Positions 49,877-59,531 of a stretch of DNA of 64,000 bases are shown piece after piece (positions within the stretch are counted from its first letter, which is position 1; each line of letters starts with the position of its first letter). Below the pieces are notes generated by a model. The model made no database searches, was not told where the DNA came from, and saw only the letters and a program-made list of their open reading frames with translations. The DNA is from an uncultured Chthonomonadaceae bacterium (GTDB lineage Bacteria > Armatimonadota > Chthonomonadetes > Chthonomonadales > Chthonomonadaceae). Both the position numbers and the translations under genes were made by a program. The stretch covers positions 256,001 through 320,000 of the forward strand of contig CAWIEK010000049.1 in the NCBI GenBank assembly GCA_963835065.1. Direction: 5' to 3'.

Positions 49877-51586
49877 CTGATCGGCGTAGATGTCGGCACG
49901 GGCAGCGCGCGAGCGGGGCTGTTCACCGCTGCGGGCGTTCGCTTGGCGTCCGCTGTGGAACCCATACAAACCTGGAAGCCACGCCCTAACTTTGTGGAGC
50001 AGTCTTCGGAAGACATCTGGCGGGCTGTATGTAAAACGGTGCGCTCCTGTCTTGAAGCGGCAGGCATTACGCCCGAAGCCGTTGCCGGCATCAGCTTTGA
50101 CGCCACATGCAGCCTTGTGGTTCTGGATCAGGAGGATAAGCCACTTACCGTTGATTTGGAAGGCGACAACAACCGCAACATCATTGTCTGGATGGATCAC
50201 CGCGCCCTTGAAGAAACGGCTGCCATCAACGCGGGCGGCTATGACGTGCTGCGCTATGTGGGCGGCAAAGTCTCGCCCGAAATGGAAACGCCCAAGCTGA
50301 AGTGGCTCAAAGCGCATTTGCCGCAAACGTGGGCAAACGCGGGCAAGTTCCTTGATCTGGCGGATTACCTGACGTATCGCTCCACCGGCAGCAACGCGCG
50401 CAGCCTGTGTACGGTTGTCTGCAAATGGACGTATTTGGGGCATGAAGGCGGAAGCGGCAGGTGGGATACCGATTATTTCCAGTCTATAGGCATTGCGGAC
50501 GCTCTGGAAGGCGAGAAAATCGGCAACGATGTTCGCCCGATGGGATCGCCACTGGGAAAATTGACCGACAGCGCGGCAGCAGACCTGGGCTTGACGACGC
50601 AATGCAGCGTCGGCGTCGGCATCATTGACGCTCACGCGGGCGGGCTTGGCCTGTTAGGAGCCGTGTTTCAAAACGAAGATCAACAGGAGCCTCAAAACGA
50701 ATTTCAGGACACGCAGGAAAGGCATGTAAACGGAGAGCAGGCAAACAGCACAGCCGAAAGCGATACGTCCCGATTGGAAACCGCGCTTGCGCTCATCGGC
50801 GGAACCAGCAACTGCCACATGGCCGTATCCCCCACCCCGAAGTTTATCAGAGGCATTTGGGGGCCCTACTACGGTGCAATGGTTCCCGGCCTGTGGCTGA
50901 CGGAGGGAGGGCAAAGCGCGGCAGGCAGCGCCATTGACCACGTAATTGCCGACCATGCCAATGCGCCGACCCTGAACGCGCAGGCGCAGGAACAAAATGT
51001 CACCGTCTACCAATTGCTGAATTCCGAATTGGATCGGCTGCAGAAGAACAGTAGCCTGCCTTATCTCGCCCTGCTGACTCGAGATATGCACATTCTCCCC
51101 TACTTTCTCGGCAATCGCTCGCCCAATGCGGACCCGTATGCCCATGCCATTATAGACGGGCTGACACTCGACAAATCCTTATCCTCACAGGCGCTCCGCT
51201 ATTACGCCACCCTGCAGGCGGTTGCTTATGGAACGCGGGACATCGCGCGCGCCATGAACAAATCGGGCTACCGCATTGATACGCTGTATGTCACAGGCGG
51301 CGGAACCAAAAATCCTCTCTGGCTTCAGGAACATGCGGACGCAACGGGTTTAACATTAGTTTTACCGGAAGAACCCGAAGCGGTTCTGCTTGGCAGCGCC
51401 ATTCTCGCGGCAGTCGGAGCCGGCATTTACCCGGACGTGTTGACCGCCATGAAAAACATGAGCCGAACCGCGCAAGTTATCCATCCCAACCCGAAAACCG
51501 CCGCTTACCACTCCGCCAAATTCAACATCTTCCGCAGCCTGTATCACGAGCAGCAGCAAAGACGCGAAATCATGGCAAAATTCTAA
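49787..51586 (+). CDS. FGGY-family pentulose/ribulose kinase
   Basis: GVDVGTGSAR, FDATCSL, WMDHRA, SPEMETPK, IDAHAG, GTSNC, EGGQSA, GNRSP. Confidence 0.93.
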   Translation: MTESNSPSATHPQSAIENQQSKIENRQSAILIGVDVGTGSARAGLFTAAGVRLASAVEPIQTWKPRPNFVEQSSEDIWRAVCKTVRSCLEAAGITPEAVAGISFDATCSLVVLDQEDKPLTVDLEGDNNRNIIVWMDHRALEETAAINAGGYDVLRYVGGKVSPEMETPKLKWLKAHLPQTWANAGKFLDLADYLTYRSTGSNARSLCTVVCKWTYLGHEGGSGRWDTDYFQSIGIADALEGEKIGNDVRPMGSPLGKLTDSAAADLGLTTQCSVGVGIIDAHAGGLGLLGAVFQNEDQQEPQNEFQDTQERHVNGEQANSTAESDTSRLETALALIGGTSNCHMAVSPTPKFIRGIWGPYYGAMVPGLWLTEGGQSAAGSAIDHVIADHANAPTLNAQAQEQNVTVYQLLNSELDRLQKNSSLPYLALLTRDMHILPYFLGNRSPNADPYAHAIIDGLTLDKSLSSQALRYYATLQAVAYGTRDIARAMNKSGYRIDTLYVTGGGTKNPLWLQEHADATGLTLVLPEEPEAVLLGSAILAAVGAGIYPDVLTAMKNMSRTAQVIHPNPKTAAYHSAKFNIFRSLYHEQQQRREIMAKF

Positions 51587-51596
51587 ACTGGAGACA

Positions 51597-52628
51597 ATGA
51601 CCGGTATGAGTATTCAGCCTGTAATGGTAACAACCTGGAAGTTTGGAGTGGCAGCGGGGCGCGTGGGCTGGCAGAAATTGGCAAATGGGGCTTCCGCTCT
51701 TGACGCCATCGAAGCGGCAGCCAACGTTACGGAACTCGATCCTGCCGTGAACTCTGTGGGATACGGCGGGCGCCCCAATGCTGAGGGCGTTGTTGAACTG
51801 GATGCTGTCATTATGGACGGCATAAGCCATTCGGCGGGAGCCGTTGCCGGCTTAACAGGTATCCGAACGCCTATTTCCGTCGCGCGCCGGGTGATGGAAC
51901 AAACGCCCCATGTGATGCTCGTCGGCGAGAATGCAAAAAGATTTGCCGTTCAGCAGGGGTTCGTAGAGGAGGAACTCCTTACGCCTGACAGCCTGCAAAA
52001 ATGGCGCGAATGGCAGCGCAGCGCCAATCACGCCGATGTCGCTCATTTCGAGGTCGGCCCGAAAACAACGTCACCGTATGGAGAACCGCATGGCAGGCCC
52101 AACCCCAACGCAGCCGCAGCCGATCTGACGCCGGACAATCACGATACCATCGGCCTGTGCGCTCTGGACGCGCGTGGAAATCTGGCGGGCGGCTGCACAA
52201 CCAGCGGGATGGCGTGGAAAGTGCCCGGACGTGTCGGAGATTCCCCTATCATCGGCAGCGGGCTGTACGTGGATAACGAAGTAGGCTGCGCGGCAGGCAC
52301 GGGGCACGGCGACGAAATGATGAAAGCCTGCGTCACCTACCGCGTCGTGATGCTGATGGAACAGGGCCGCACCGCGCAGGAAGCTTGTGAGGAAACCCTG
52401 CGCTACCTCCTCCGCAAGCGCGATCCCGGCCAGTACGACAACTATGGCGCAGCCCTCATCGCCATCCGCAAGGACGGGCAAATCGGCAGCGCGGCTACGC
52501 GCTCCGGCTTCGCCGCCCCCGACAGATTATGGCAATGGGTCATAACCGACAGCCCCGAACCCACCTTAGAGGAAGGCCCCTACATCTCACGCAAAGCAAT
52601 AATTCCTACCCTGACCCCTGACTCCTGA
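51597..52628 (+). CDS. Glycosylasparaginase / asparaginase-2 (Ntn hydrolase)
   Basis: SVGYGG.P, HDTIG, TTSG..KVPGRVGDSPIIGSG, TGHGD. Confidence 0.92.
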   Translation: MTGMSIQPVMVTTWKFGVAAGRVGWQKLANGASALDAIEAAANVTELDPAVNSVGYGGRPNAEGVVELDAVIMDGISHSAGAVAGLTGIRTPISVARRVMEQTPHVMLVGENAKRFAVQQGFVEEELLTPDSLQKWREWQRSANHADVAHFEVGPKTTSPYGEPHGRPNPNAAAADLTPDNHDTIGLCALDARGNLAGGCTTSGMAWKVPGRVGDSPIIGSGLYVDNEVGCAAGTGHGDEMMKACVTYRVVMLMEQGRTAQEACEETLRYLLRKRDPGQYDNYGAALIAIRKDGQIGSAATRSGFAAPDRLWQWVITDSPEPTLEEGPYISRKAIIPTLTPDS

Positions 52629-52648
52629 CCACTGGCTCCTACTTAAAC

Positions 52649-54547
52649 ATGAAGCACGTCATTATTGGAACCGCCGGGCACGTAGATCACGGCAAAACCA
52701 CGCTGATTCAAGCGCTGACGGGAACCAATCCCGACCGGCTCAAAGAGGAGCAGGAGCGCGGCATGACCATTGACATTGGTTTCGCCTCGTTGCGCCTGCC
52801 GGACGGCACGATTGCGGGCATTGTGGACGTTCCCGGCCACGAACGGTTCCTCAAAAACATGCTGGCGGGCGCAAGCGGCGTGGACGTGGTACTGCTCGTG
52901 ATTGCCGCAGATGAAGGCGTAATGCCGCAGACTATCGAGCATCTGGACGTGCTGCGCCTGCTGGACGTGAAAAACGGCGTCGTCGCGCTGACTAAAATGG
53001 ACATGGCCGAAAAGGAATGGACGGATGTTGTCGAGGAAGATGTGCGCGAACATCTCAAAGACACCTTTCTGGCGCAGGCCCCGATCATTCGCGTTTCCGC
53101 CAAAACCGGCAAGGGACTGGAAGCCTTGAAAAAAGCGCTGATGGCCGCTGTCAGCCGCGCCGAAGCCCGCAATGCCGGCCTCCCCTTCCGCCTGCCCATT
53201 GACCGCGTGTTTACGCGCCCCGGTTTTGGAACGGTTGTTACCGGGACACTGGCCGCAGGTACAATTCGGACCGGGGATGCCGTTGAAATCGTGCCGCAGC
53301 GACTGAGCGCCCGTGTGCGTGGCCTGCAAGTGCATGGGCAAAAGGTCACGGAAGCGGAAGCGGGATCGCGGGTCGCCATCAATCTTGCGGGCGTGGACAA
53401 TGCCGACCTGGAACGAGGCGCGCAGGTCACGCCACCCCATGCCATTGCCCCTACCACCACATTCGACGCCACGCTGCGCCTGCTCCCCAATGTCGAAAAA
53501 CTGCTGGAGGATCGAGCGCGCGTCCGTCTGCACATGGGAACGGTGGAAGTGTTGGGACGTATCCGCATACTCGATACCAAATCCGAACTTGCGCCCGGAG
53601 AACGCGCTTTTGTGCAATTTCGGGGCGAAACGGAATTTGTCGCGGCGCGTGGAGATCGTTTCGTCGTTCGTTCCTACTCCCCGATGACGGTCATTGGCGG
53701 CGGCGTAGTGCTTGACGCGCACCCCACCCGGCATCGCAAGGCGGAAGCGGATACGTTGACCGCGCTGGAAGCCAAAGAGCGAGGTACGCCCGAAGACCTT
53801 ATAGACACATTACTGCTCAAATCCCCTACAGGCATTTTGCGCTCCGAAATCCCCCCGGCGACGGGACTGACGCCAGGAGAGACAGCCGCAGCTATAGAAG
53901 TTCTGTTAGCCGCAGACAAAGCCGTCCTGCTTCCGCATGAGCGTATCATCAACACCCTTGTACTTGTCGGCCTGACTCAGCGCGCGGAAGAAGCGGTTGA
54001 GCGGTTCCACAACCAGTTTCCGCTGCGTCCGGGAATGCCGCGCGAGGAATTACGCGCCGCTCTTGGACGAAACGTAGACAGCAAAGCCTTTGGTTCGCTG
54101 CTGTCGCGCTGGCACAAAGAGGATCGGTTTACTTCCGAAGGCGCATTTGTGCATCGGGCGGATTTTACCGTTCAGTTGACCGACAAACAGCAGCAGATGC
54201 TGAAGCGCATCGAAGAGGTTTATAAAGCCTGGGGTATTGCCGTTCCTGCCATTGAAGATGTTGCTAAAGAACTAAAAACGCCTGTGGACGCGATCACCTC
54301 CCTGCTGAAAGTCGGACAGGAACAAAAGCGCTTTGAAAAAATCGAAGATGGCATCTATTACCACGTAGATACCATTGCCGGTCTTCAGCAACTGTTACGC
54401 GCTTATCTCGCAGAACACGACAGCATCAGCGTAGGCGAATTCAGAGATTTAACAAGTTCCAACCGGCGCTACTCCCTGATGGCCCTGGAGTTTATGGACA
54501 CAATCCACTTCACCCGGCGGCAAGGCGATCAGCGAACCTTATACTGA
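52649..54547 (+). CDS. selB: Selenocysteine-specific elongation factor
   Basis: [30 protein letters not shown]-terminal winged-helix FRDL...RRY...LEFMD...TRR.GD.R. Confidence 0.93.
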   Translation: MKHVIIGTAGHVDHGKTTLIQALTGTNPDRLKEEQERGMTIDIGFASLRLPDGTIAGIVDVPGHERFLKNMLAGASGVDVVLLVIAADEGVMPQTIEHLDVLRLLDVKNGVVALTKMDMAEKEWTDVVEEDVREHLKDTFLAQAPIIRVSAKTGKGLEALKKALMAAVSRAEARNAGLPFRLPIDRVFTRPGFGTVVTGTLAAGTIRTGDAVEIVPQRLSARVRGLQVHGQKVTEAEAGSRVAINLAGVDNADLERGAQVTPPHAIAPTTTFDATLRLLPNVEKLLEDRARVRLHMGTVEVLGRIRILDTKSELAPGERAFVQFRGETEFVAARGDRFVVRSYSPMTVIGGGVVLDAHPTRHRKAEADTLTALEAKERGTPEDLIDTLLLKSPTGILRSEIPPATGLTPGETAAAIEVLLAADKAVLLPHERIINTLVLVGLTQRAEEAVERFHNQFPLRPGMPREELRAALGRNVDSKAFGSLLSRWHKEDRFTSEGAFVHRADFTVQLTDKQQQMLKRIEEVYKAWGIAVPAIEDVAKELKTPVDAITSLLKVGQEQKRFEKIEDGIYYHVDTIAGLQQLLRAYLAEHDSISVGEFRDLTSSNRRYSLMALEFMDTIHFTRRQGDQRTLY

Positions 54548-54620
54548 TTACTACTGAACAAGTAAAGTATTGAAGTATTGACCTGTTGAATAGTTGACTG
54601 CTTGATTTTGCCTGCTTAAA

Positions 54621-54720
54621 ACGTCCGATAATATTAAGCCATCCAGACGGCTTAATATCAAACGATTTTTAGGCGCGACGTACGTCGCGCCTAAAAATCG
54701 GGGCCGCGTCGCGGCCCCGA
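54621..54720 (+). repeat. Composite palindrome / XerC-arm-like element, copy C
   Basis: ACGTCCGATAA 54621-54631, perfect 38-bp palindrome 54663-54700, hairpin 54698-54720. Confidence 0.85.
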
Positions 54721-54784
54721 ACCTTGTGCTTTCTTCTGCTTTCCTCTTCCAATCTGAGTTATCAATGCGCCGCTCATCAACCTA

Positions 54785-55117
54785 TTAACGGGTAACTGTC
54801 ACATCCTCTCCACTCACCGATACACTCGCGTTCAAGCCCACCTCGAAAAAATCAATGGGCACGTACAAATGGCTATCCGAGATCATGGGTGGCGCGCTCA
54901 ACACGCCAATCTGACCGTCGTACAGCAAGTTGGTATCTCCCGCTGTCATGCTCAATTTTTTGCCTTCCAACTCAACGATAGCTTCCTTGCTCTCGTTGTT
55001 CCAATACACATACCCGCCCAGCGTTTCCACAATCCCACTGAGCGGCACAAACGTCGTGCTGTCCTGTTCAACAGGAGGCGGAAGTTCCAGAAACGAGCCA
55101 TTGATGTTATAAGCCAT
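54785..55117 (-). CDS. Stand-alone copper-amine-oxidase N-terminal-like domain protein
   Basis: TFVPL..IVETLGGYVYW, APPMI...LYVPIDF. Confidence 0.75.
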   Translation of the reverse strand: MAYNINGSFLELPPPVEQDSTTFVPLSGIVETLGGYVYWNNESKEAIVELEGKKLSMTAGDTNLLYDGQIGVLSAPPMISDSHLYVPIDFFEVGLNASVSVSGEDVTVTR

Positions 55118-55321
55118 TGTAGATCCCCTTCTCCGATTTGAGATAATCAAGCTGCGCCCGATGGCAACAATATTCAAGATTATTTCACCAAAAAGAAGCG
55201 GCACATCCACAGTTGTGTTGGATGTGCCGCGTAACGATACTTGTTCTGTGCTGAACGACCAATCAGGGAATGTCGCAGTTCGTGTTTCCACATCAACTAC
55301 AAACTATCCATTATCAACGGC

Positions 55322-56011
55322 TTAGTGCTTGACAACCGTCAACTTGTTATCTATCTTGTAGGACCCACCGGGCGATGCGGCTTTGGCGATTTCCTCGGCA
55401 TGCTTCTTCATCTCGTTGGTCTGCACCGTTCCCTTGAGGATGATGGTTTGTCCGTCGCTGCCGGTATCCACGTTGATGGAGTTCAAACCGGGGTTGGAGT
55501 TGGGATACAGCATGTCATCCTTCAGCAACGCATTCTTCACGGTGGGCGTGACCGTCACCACTTTGCCCGCATGCGTAGCCACCTCGCCCGCCTTTCCGAC
55601 GGCTTTGGCTGTGGCATCGGTAGCGTCCTCCGCGCCTTTTTTGACGGCGGCGCCCGCATTCTCCACTGCCGCGCCCGCATTTGCTACGCCCTTTTCAACG
55701 GTAGCGCCTGCGTTCGCAACGCCTTTTTCAACGGTGGCTCCCGCTTCCGCAGCGCCTTTCTGCACAGCCGCGCCCGCTTCCGCAGCGCCTTTTTCGACAG
55801 TGGCGCCCGCGTTCGCTACGCCCTTCTCAACTGCCGCGCCCGCTGCCTCCGTTCCCTTGACTGTCTTTACGGCGGCAGTGTCCGCCGCGTTTTTCACAGC
55901 GGCGGTGTCGTTAGCAGCATCCGCTTTCATGCCGTCCGACGTATTGGAACAGCCGACAATGCCTGTCCCGAATAATACGGCAGCGCTTGCCAATAGGAAT
56001 AGTCGCTTCAT
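55322..56011 (-). CDS. BON-domain lipoprotein with 11-aa tandem repeats
   Basis: Lipobox IVGC; AGA(A/T)VEKG(V/A)A(N/E) repeats; INVDT..IILKGTV..IDNKL. Confidence 0.85.
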   Translation of the reverse strand: MKRLFLLASAAVLFGTGIVGCSNTSDGMKADAANDTAAVKNAADTAAVKTVKGTEAAGAAVEKGVANAGATVEKGAAEAGAAVQKGAAEAGATVEKGVANAGATVEKGVANAGAAVENAGAAVKKGAEDATDATAKAVGKAGEVATHAGKVVTVTPTVKNALLKDDMLYPNSNPGLNSINVDTGSDGQTIILKGTVQTNEMKKHAEEIAKAASPGGSYKIDNKLTVVKH

Positions 56012-56171
56012 AATCTTCTCCTCACTCGACGCTACATCTTGTGGTATGAACGGGCCGGTATTTGTACCGACCCGGTTTATTTCTGCTGGCAAGACGAGCA
56101 GGCAACGCGCATTGTTCCCTGACTTCCGCAGCCAGGCCGTATAGCCGGACTGGAACGGCTGTTTTGCAGGG

Positions 56172-58256
56172 CTATGGGGTTGGCAGCGCCAAGCGTTCGG
56201 GAGCCATTAGCCGTTTCAGCGTCACCGCATCCACACGATACGGGGTGACGACAGCCCGCGGCATCAGGGTAATTTTCACCCGGTTTTGCAGCCACAAGCG
56301 CGCGCCCGAAGCCATCTCAATTCGAAATTTATGGGTTCGCTTCCCCTGCCTGTGACCATACAGCAATAGCACATCTCGATTCGATTCCAGCAACGGGTCC
56401 AGCAGAAATCCCTGCGTCGTCATCTCAGGGATCACCCGGTAAGTCATTTCCCGGCCATCTTCCAGAGTAACAATAATGTTCAATTGTGGCGGGCGAACCA
56501 GGGCGCTCCTCACTTTCCCAAAAACCGTTGGCTCAACATCAACGCGCAGCAAATGCCCTGCGGCTTGATCCTTGATTTCAACATCGGTATTCAACGGAAC
56601 CACCGTGACCGCCTGACCGGAAGACGTCATACCCGCAGACTCGCCACCAGGCGCAGCATTGGGTGGTATATTGGCAGCCGGGAACGTCTTTGCAGAATTT
56701 CGCGCAAACAAAATGTACGATTTTTCCGTTTCAATCGGATGGTAACGCGACAAAATCTCAAGCAAAGATTGGTTATCGTCCAGCGTAGGGTAGCGATTAT
56801 CCGTTGTTTGCAGTCTGAACAGCACATACGCAGGCGCGTTCTCGCCGCGATAGAAGGCCGCGTTCAGAGCGATCAAGGCAGGAGAAAACGCCACATAGCC
56901 TTGATAAACCGGACGCGGCTGATAGTGGAAATCGTTGAGCAGCAGCGCATACTGATCGTAGGAAAACACATCAATCGGCTTATCCTTGACAATGGCTTTA
57001 ATAGCCGGTAAATCCCACAATTTTCTTTCTAAGGCTCGATCTTCATCCAGCCGCCGCTTGGTTTTCCAGGGCAGGAACGCATAAGATATTCCATGCCGGG
57101 GCCGAACAGCAAGTTCGCGCAATTGCCCGCGCCACCCATCGCTCTTCCAAATTAAGAGATACCCGATCACGCTGGCAATCACGCATACTCCCAAAACCGC
57201 GTGTCCCCATCGTGAGGGTCGCGGTTCCTCCTCTTGAAAACTGACGGGCAAAACCAGCGCGAAAAACAAAACGCTGCCAAAGCAAAAAATGCCGTGCGGA
57301 TCGTTGCGGACAAACCCATGTTTCCACAAAAACAACAGAAACATCCCCATTATGAGCAGGCTGCAAATGTTGGTATGGTTTCGGGGTGGTCGGAACTTAA
57401 GTAACCACGCCCCTATCAGACACAATTCCAGCAAGCCCAGGAATGCGGCGCGCGCATCGCCCTGCACGGCCATTGCCGCCGAGTAACCCGAACTGACAGC
57501 CATTGAGTTTTTGATATACGCGGGGAAATCACCCGGATGCTGCCCCAATGCCAGCCAGATCAACGCAAACGAGGCAAGGAACACAGCCAGGGGAGAAAAC
57601 AGCAACGGCCGCTTACTTGCAAAATACGGCCAGGACATGACAACCGCGATGATTCCGCCATATACGAACAGGGTAAATTTCAAACACGAAATCAGGGACA
57701 GAACCACAACGTTCAGCGCAAGGCGGCGCTGCGAAATGGCGAGCGGCCTGGACAACACTTCGCTGATCGTCAGCAGCAATGCAATATAAAAAACATCATC
57801 CGTTGTGGCAAGCACGAACCCGCAGGCCACAAAAATCAAGGCGCGAATGCGGTAATCAGGATAGCGGGCGCACAATCGCCATAGGTTATAAGCAAAAAAA
57901 CTGCGGGAAGCCATCTGCCATAGCCAATACCACCAGAACAGCGCCTTGATATAAATACCGCCCCAGAAGTAAGCGTAAAAATAGGCCAGCAGGCCGGTGG
58001 GAAACACATAGTCCACGCCTGCCCTCATTCCATGCTGAAGGAAATACCCGTTGCTGTACTGCCACGAGTAATCTAATTGCTCATTCCCGCTCAACGTCAA
58101 ATAAGTGGGACAAATGGGAGGCATCAGCAGCATCAGCCACATAATCGCAAGGCAAAGCAGCGGCAGCCAGCGGGCAGGGTGCTTCCAGTCCTCCCCTTGC
58201 TTCAGGTTCTGCGTTGTTACTGTGGAAGTTGTTACTATGGAATCGGGTTCGTTCAT
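56172..58256 (-). CDS. Polytopic membrane protein, probable GT-C-like
   Basis: LDYSW, GVDYVFPTG.L, SGYSAAM, KHGFVRND.H, PRPVYQGY, DNRYP. Confidence 0.6.
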   Translation of the reverse strand: MNEPDSIVTTSTVTTQNLKQGEDWKHPARWLPLLCLAIMWLMLLMPPICPTYLTLSGNEQLDYSWQYSNGYFLQHGMRAGVDYVFPTGLLAYFYAYFWGGIYIKALFWWYWLWQMASRSFFAYNLWRLCARYPDYRIRALIFVACGFVLATTDDVFYIALLLTISEVLSRPLAISQRRLALNVVVLSLISCLKFTLFVYGGIIAVVMSWPYFASKRPLLFSPLAVFLASFALIWLALGQHPGDFPAYIKNSMAVSSGYSAAMAVQGDARAAFLGLLELCLIGAWLLKFRPPRNHTNICSLLIMGMFLLFLWKHGFVRNDPHGIFCFGSVLFFALVLPVSFQEEEPRPSRWGHAVLGVCVIASVIGYLLIWKSDGWRGQLRELAVRPRHGISYAFLPWKTKRRLDEDRALERKLWDLPAIKAIVKDKPIDVFSYDQYALLLNDFHYQPRPVYQGYVAFSPALIALNAAFYRGENAPAYVLFRLQTTDNRYPTLDDNQSLLEILSRYHPIETEKSYILFARNSAKTFPAANIPPNAAPGGESAGMTSSGQAVTVVPLNTDVEIKDQAAGHLLRVDVEPTVFGKVRSALVRPPQLNIIVTLEDGREMTYRVIPEMTTQGFLLDPLLESNRDVLLLYGHRQGKRTHKFRIEMASGARLWLQNRVKITLMPRAVVTPYRVDAVTLKRLMAPERLALPTP

Positions 58257-58329
58257 ATAGATTGTTCGGAGTAGAGAATTCGGGATGATTCAGAAGGAGA
58301 TTCGAGGCTTCAAGCCGAATTCAAGACGC

Positions 58330-59163
58330 ATGTGGAAATATGCCATTTGCAATGAAACCTTCGGCAATTTGGGATGGGCGGAAACCTGTCACCAGATTGC
58401 CCAACTGGGCTATGAAGGCGTGGAAATCGCGCCATTCACGCTTGCGGAGGATGCGCGCGGCATTTCCTCTCATGCGCGCCATGTTTACGCCCAAACAGCG
58501 CAGCGCGCCGGATTAGAAATTGTCGGGCTGCACTGGCTGCTCGTTTCGCCGCCCGGACTTTCCCTGACGGCTCCCGACGAAATCCTGCGCGCCCGTACCG
58601 CCGCTTATCTGGCCGATCTCGCAGACTTTTGCGCGGATGTGGGAGGACGTGTCCTCGTGCTTGGTTCACCCAAACAGCGCCGTATTCCGTCCGGGGAAAC
58701 GGCGGCGCTCGCCCGCGAACGGCTGCAATCCGCTCTGGAACCCGCCCTGTCGCGCGCTGCCGTTCATAATCTCACGCTCTGCCTTGAGCCCCTGCCCCCG
58801 CCCGAAGCCGACCTTATTCTCACACTTCAGGAAGCGCAGAATGTGATGACGCGCCTACAGCATCCGAACTTAAAAACCATTCTGGACATAAAAAGCGCTT
58901 CCAGCGAGACGGCTTCCATACCGGAACTGATCCGCCTGCACCATACCTCCATTGCGCATGTCCATGCCAATGATGCCAACCGGCGCGGACCGGGCTTCGG
59001 CGAAACAGATTATGTTCCGATTTTCAATGCTCTCAAAGAAATGCAATATACCGGCTTCGTATCCGTAGAAGTATTTGATTATACGCCCGATGCCATCACC
59101 ATCGCCCGCGACAGCCTCGCCTATATGCGTCGTTGCCAACAGCAAACACTTACGGGTCTGTAA
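58330..59163 (+). CDS. Sugar phosphate isomerase/epimerase (xylose-isomerase-like TIM barrel)
   Basis: GYEGVEIAP, GLHWLL, GSPKQR, LEPL, HVHAND, SVEVFD. Confidence 0.88.
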   Translation: MWKYAICNETFGNLGWAETCHQIAQLGYEGVEIAPFTLAEDARGISSHARHVYAQTAQRAGLEIVGLHWLLVSPPGLSLTAPDEILRARTAAYLADLADFCADVGGRVLVLGSPKQRRIPSGETAALARERLQSALEPALSRAAVHNLTLCLEPLPPPEADLILTLQEAQNVMTRLQHPNLKTILDIKSASSETASIPELIRLHHTSIAHVHANDANRRGPGFGETDYVPIFNALKEMQYTGFVSVEVFDYTPDAITIARDSLAYMRRCQQQTLTGL

Positions 59164-59226
59164 TCTCAATGCCCGAACACCCGAATACCTGAACACCCGC
59201 AGACTGTGACATGAAGGAGAAAAAAC

Positions 59227-59505
59227 TTGAAAGCGCACGTTAAAGTAAACATGCAGAACGTCAACGTAGATGAGACATTCGAAGGCGCGACGGCAGACGA
59301 AATCGTCGGCAAGATGAAATCGCGCATTGCCAAGGAAGTGCCGTTTTTCATGCGTCCCGTCGTCAACGGCTTCAGCAATCTTGGATTCGCGCAGGAAGTC
59401 GTGAAGCGCTACAACGGCAACTCCAAGCAAAACCTGCCCATTCCCAATTCCTGCGACGAGTTTCTCACCCTCGCGCAGGCGCAAGGGTTTGCTACGTTAT
59501 CCTGA
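59227..59505 (+). CDS. Small hypothetical protein
   Basis: AAGGAG SD and TTG start; 92 aa. Confidence 0.7.
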   Translation: MKAHVKVNMQNVNVDETFEGATADEIVGKMKSRIAKEVPFFMRPVVNGFSNLGFAQEVVKRYNGNSKQNLPIPNSCDEFLTLAQAQGFATLS

Positions 59506-59531
59506 ACAAGCCCCTGCTTCCTGAACTGCCG

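Noticed and set aside
3656..54720. The palindromic elements as a CRISPR array or integron attC sites
   Set aside because: They are dispersed, have no repeat-spacer periodicity and no RYYYAAC/GTTRRRY ends, and no cas or intI gene is present.
55383..56144. 253-aa plus-strand ORF with STVAPAFATPF repeats
   Set aside because: Antisense shadow of the BON lipoprotein repeat.
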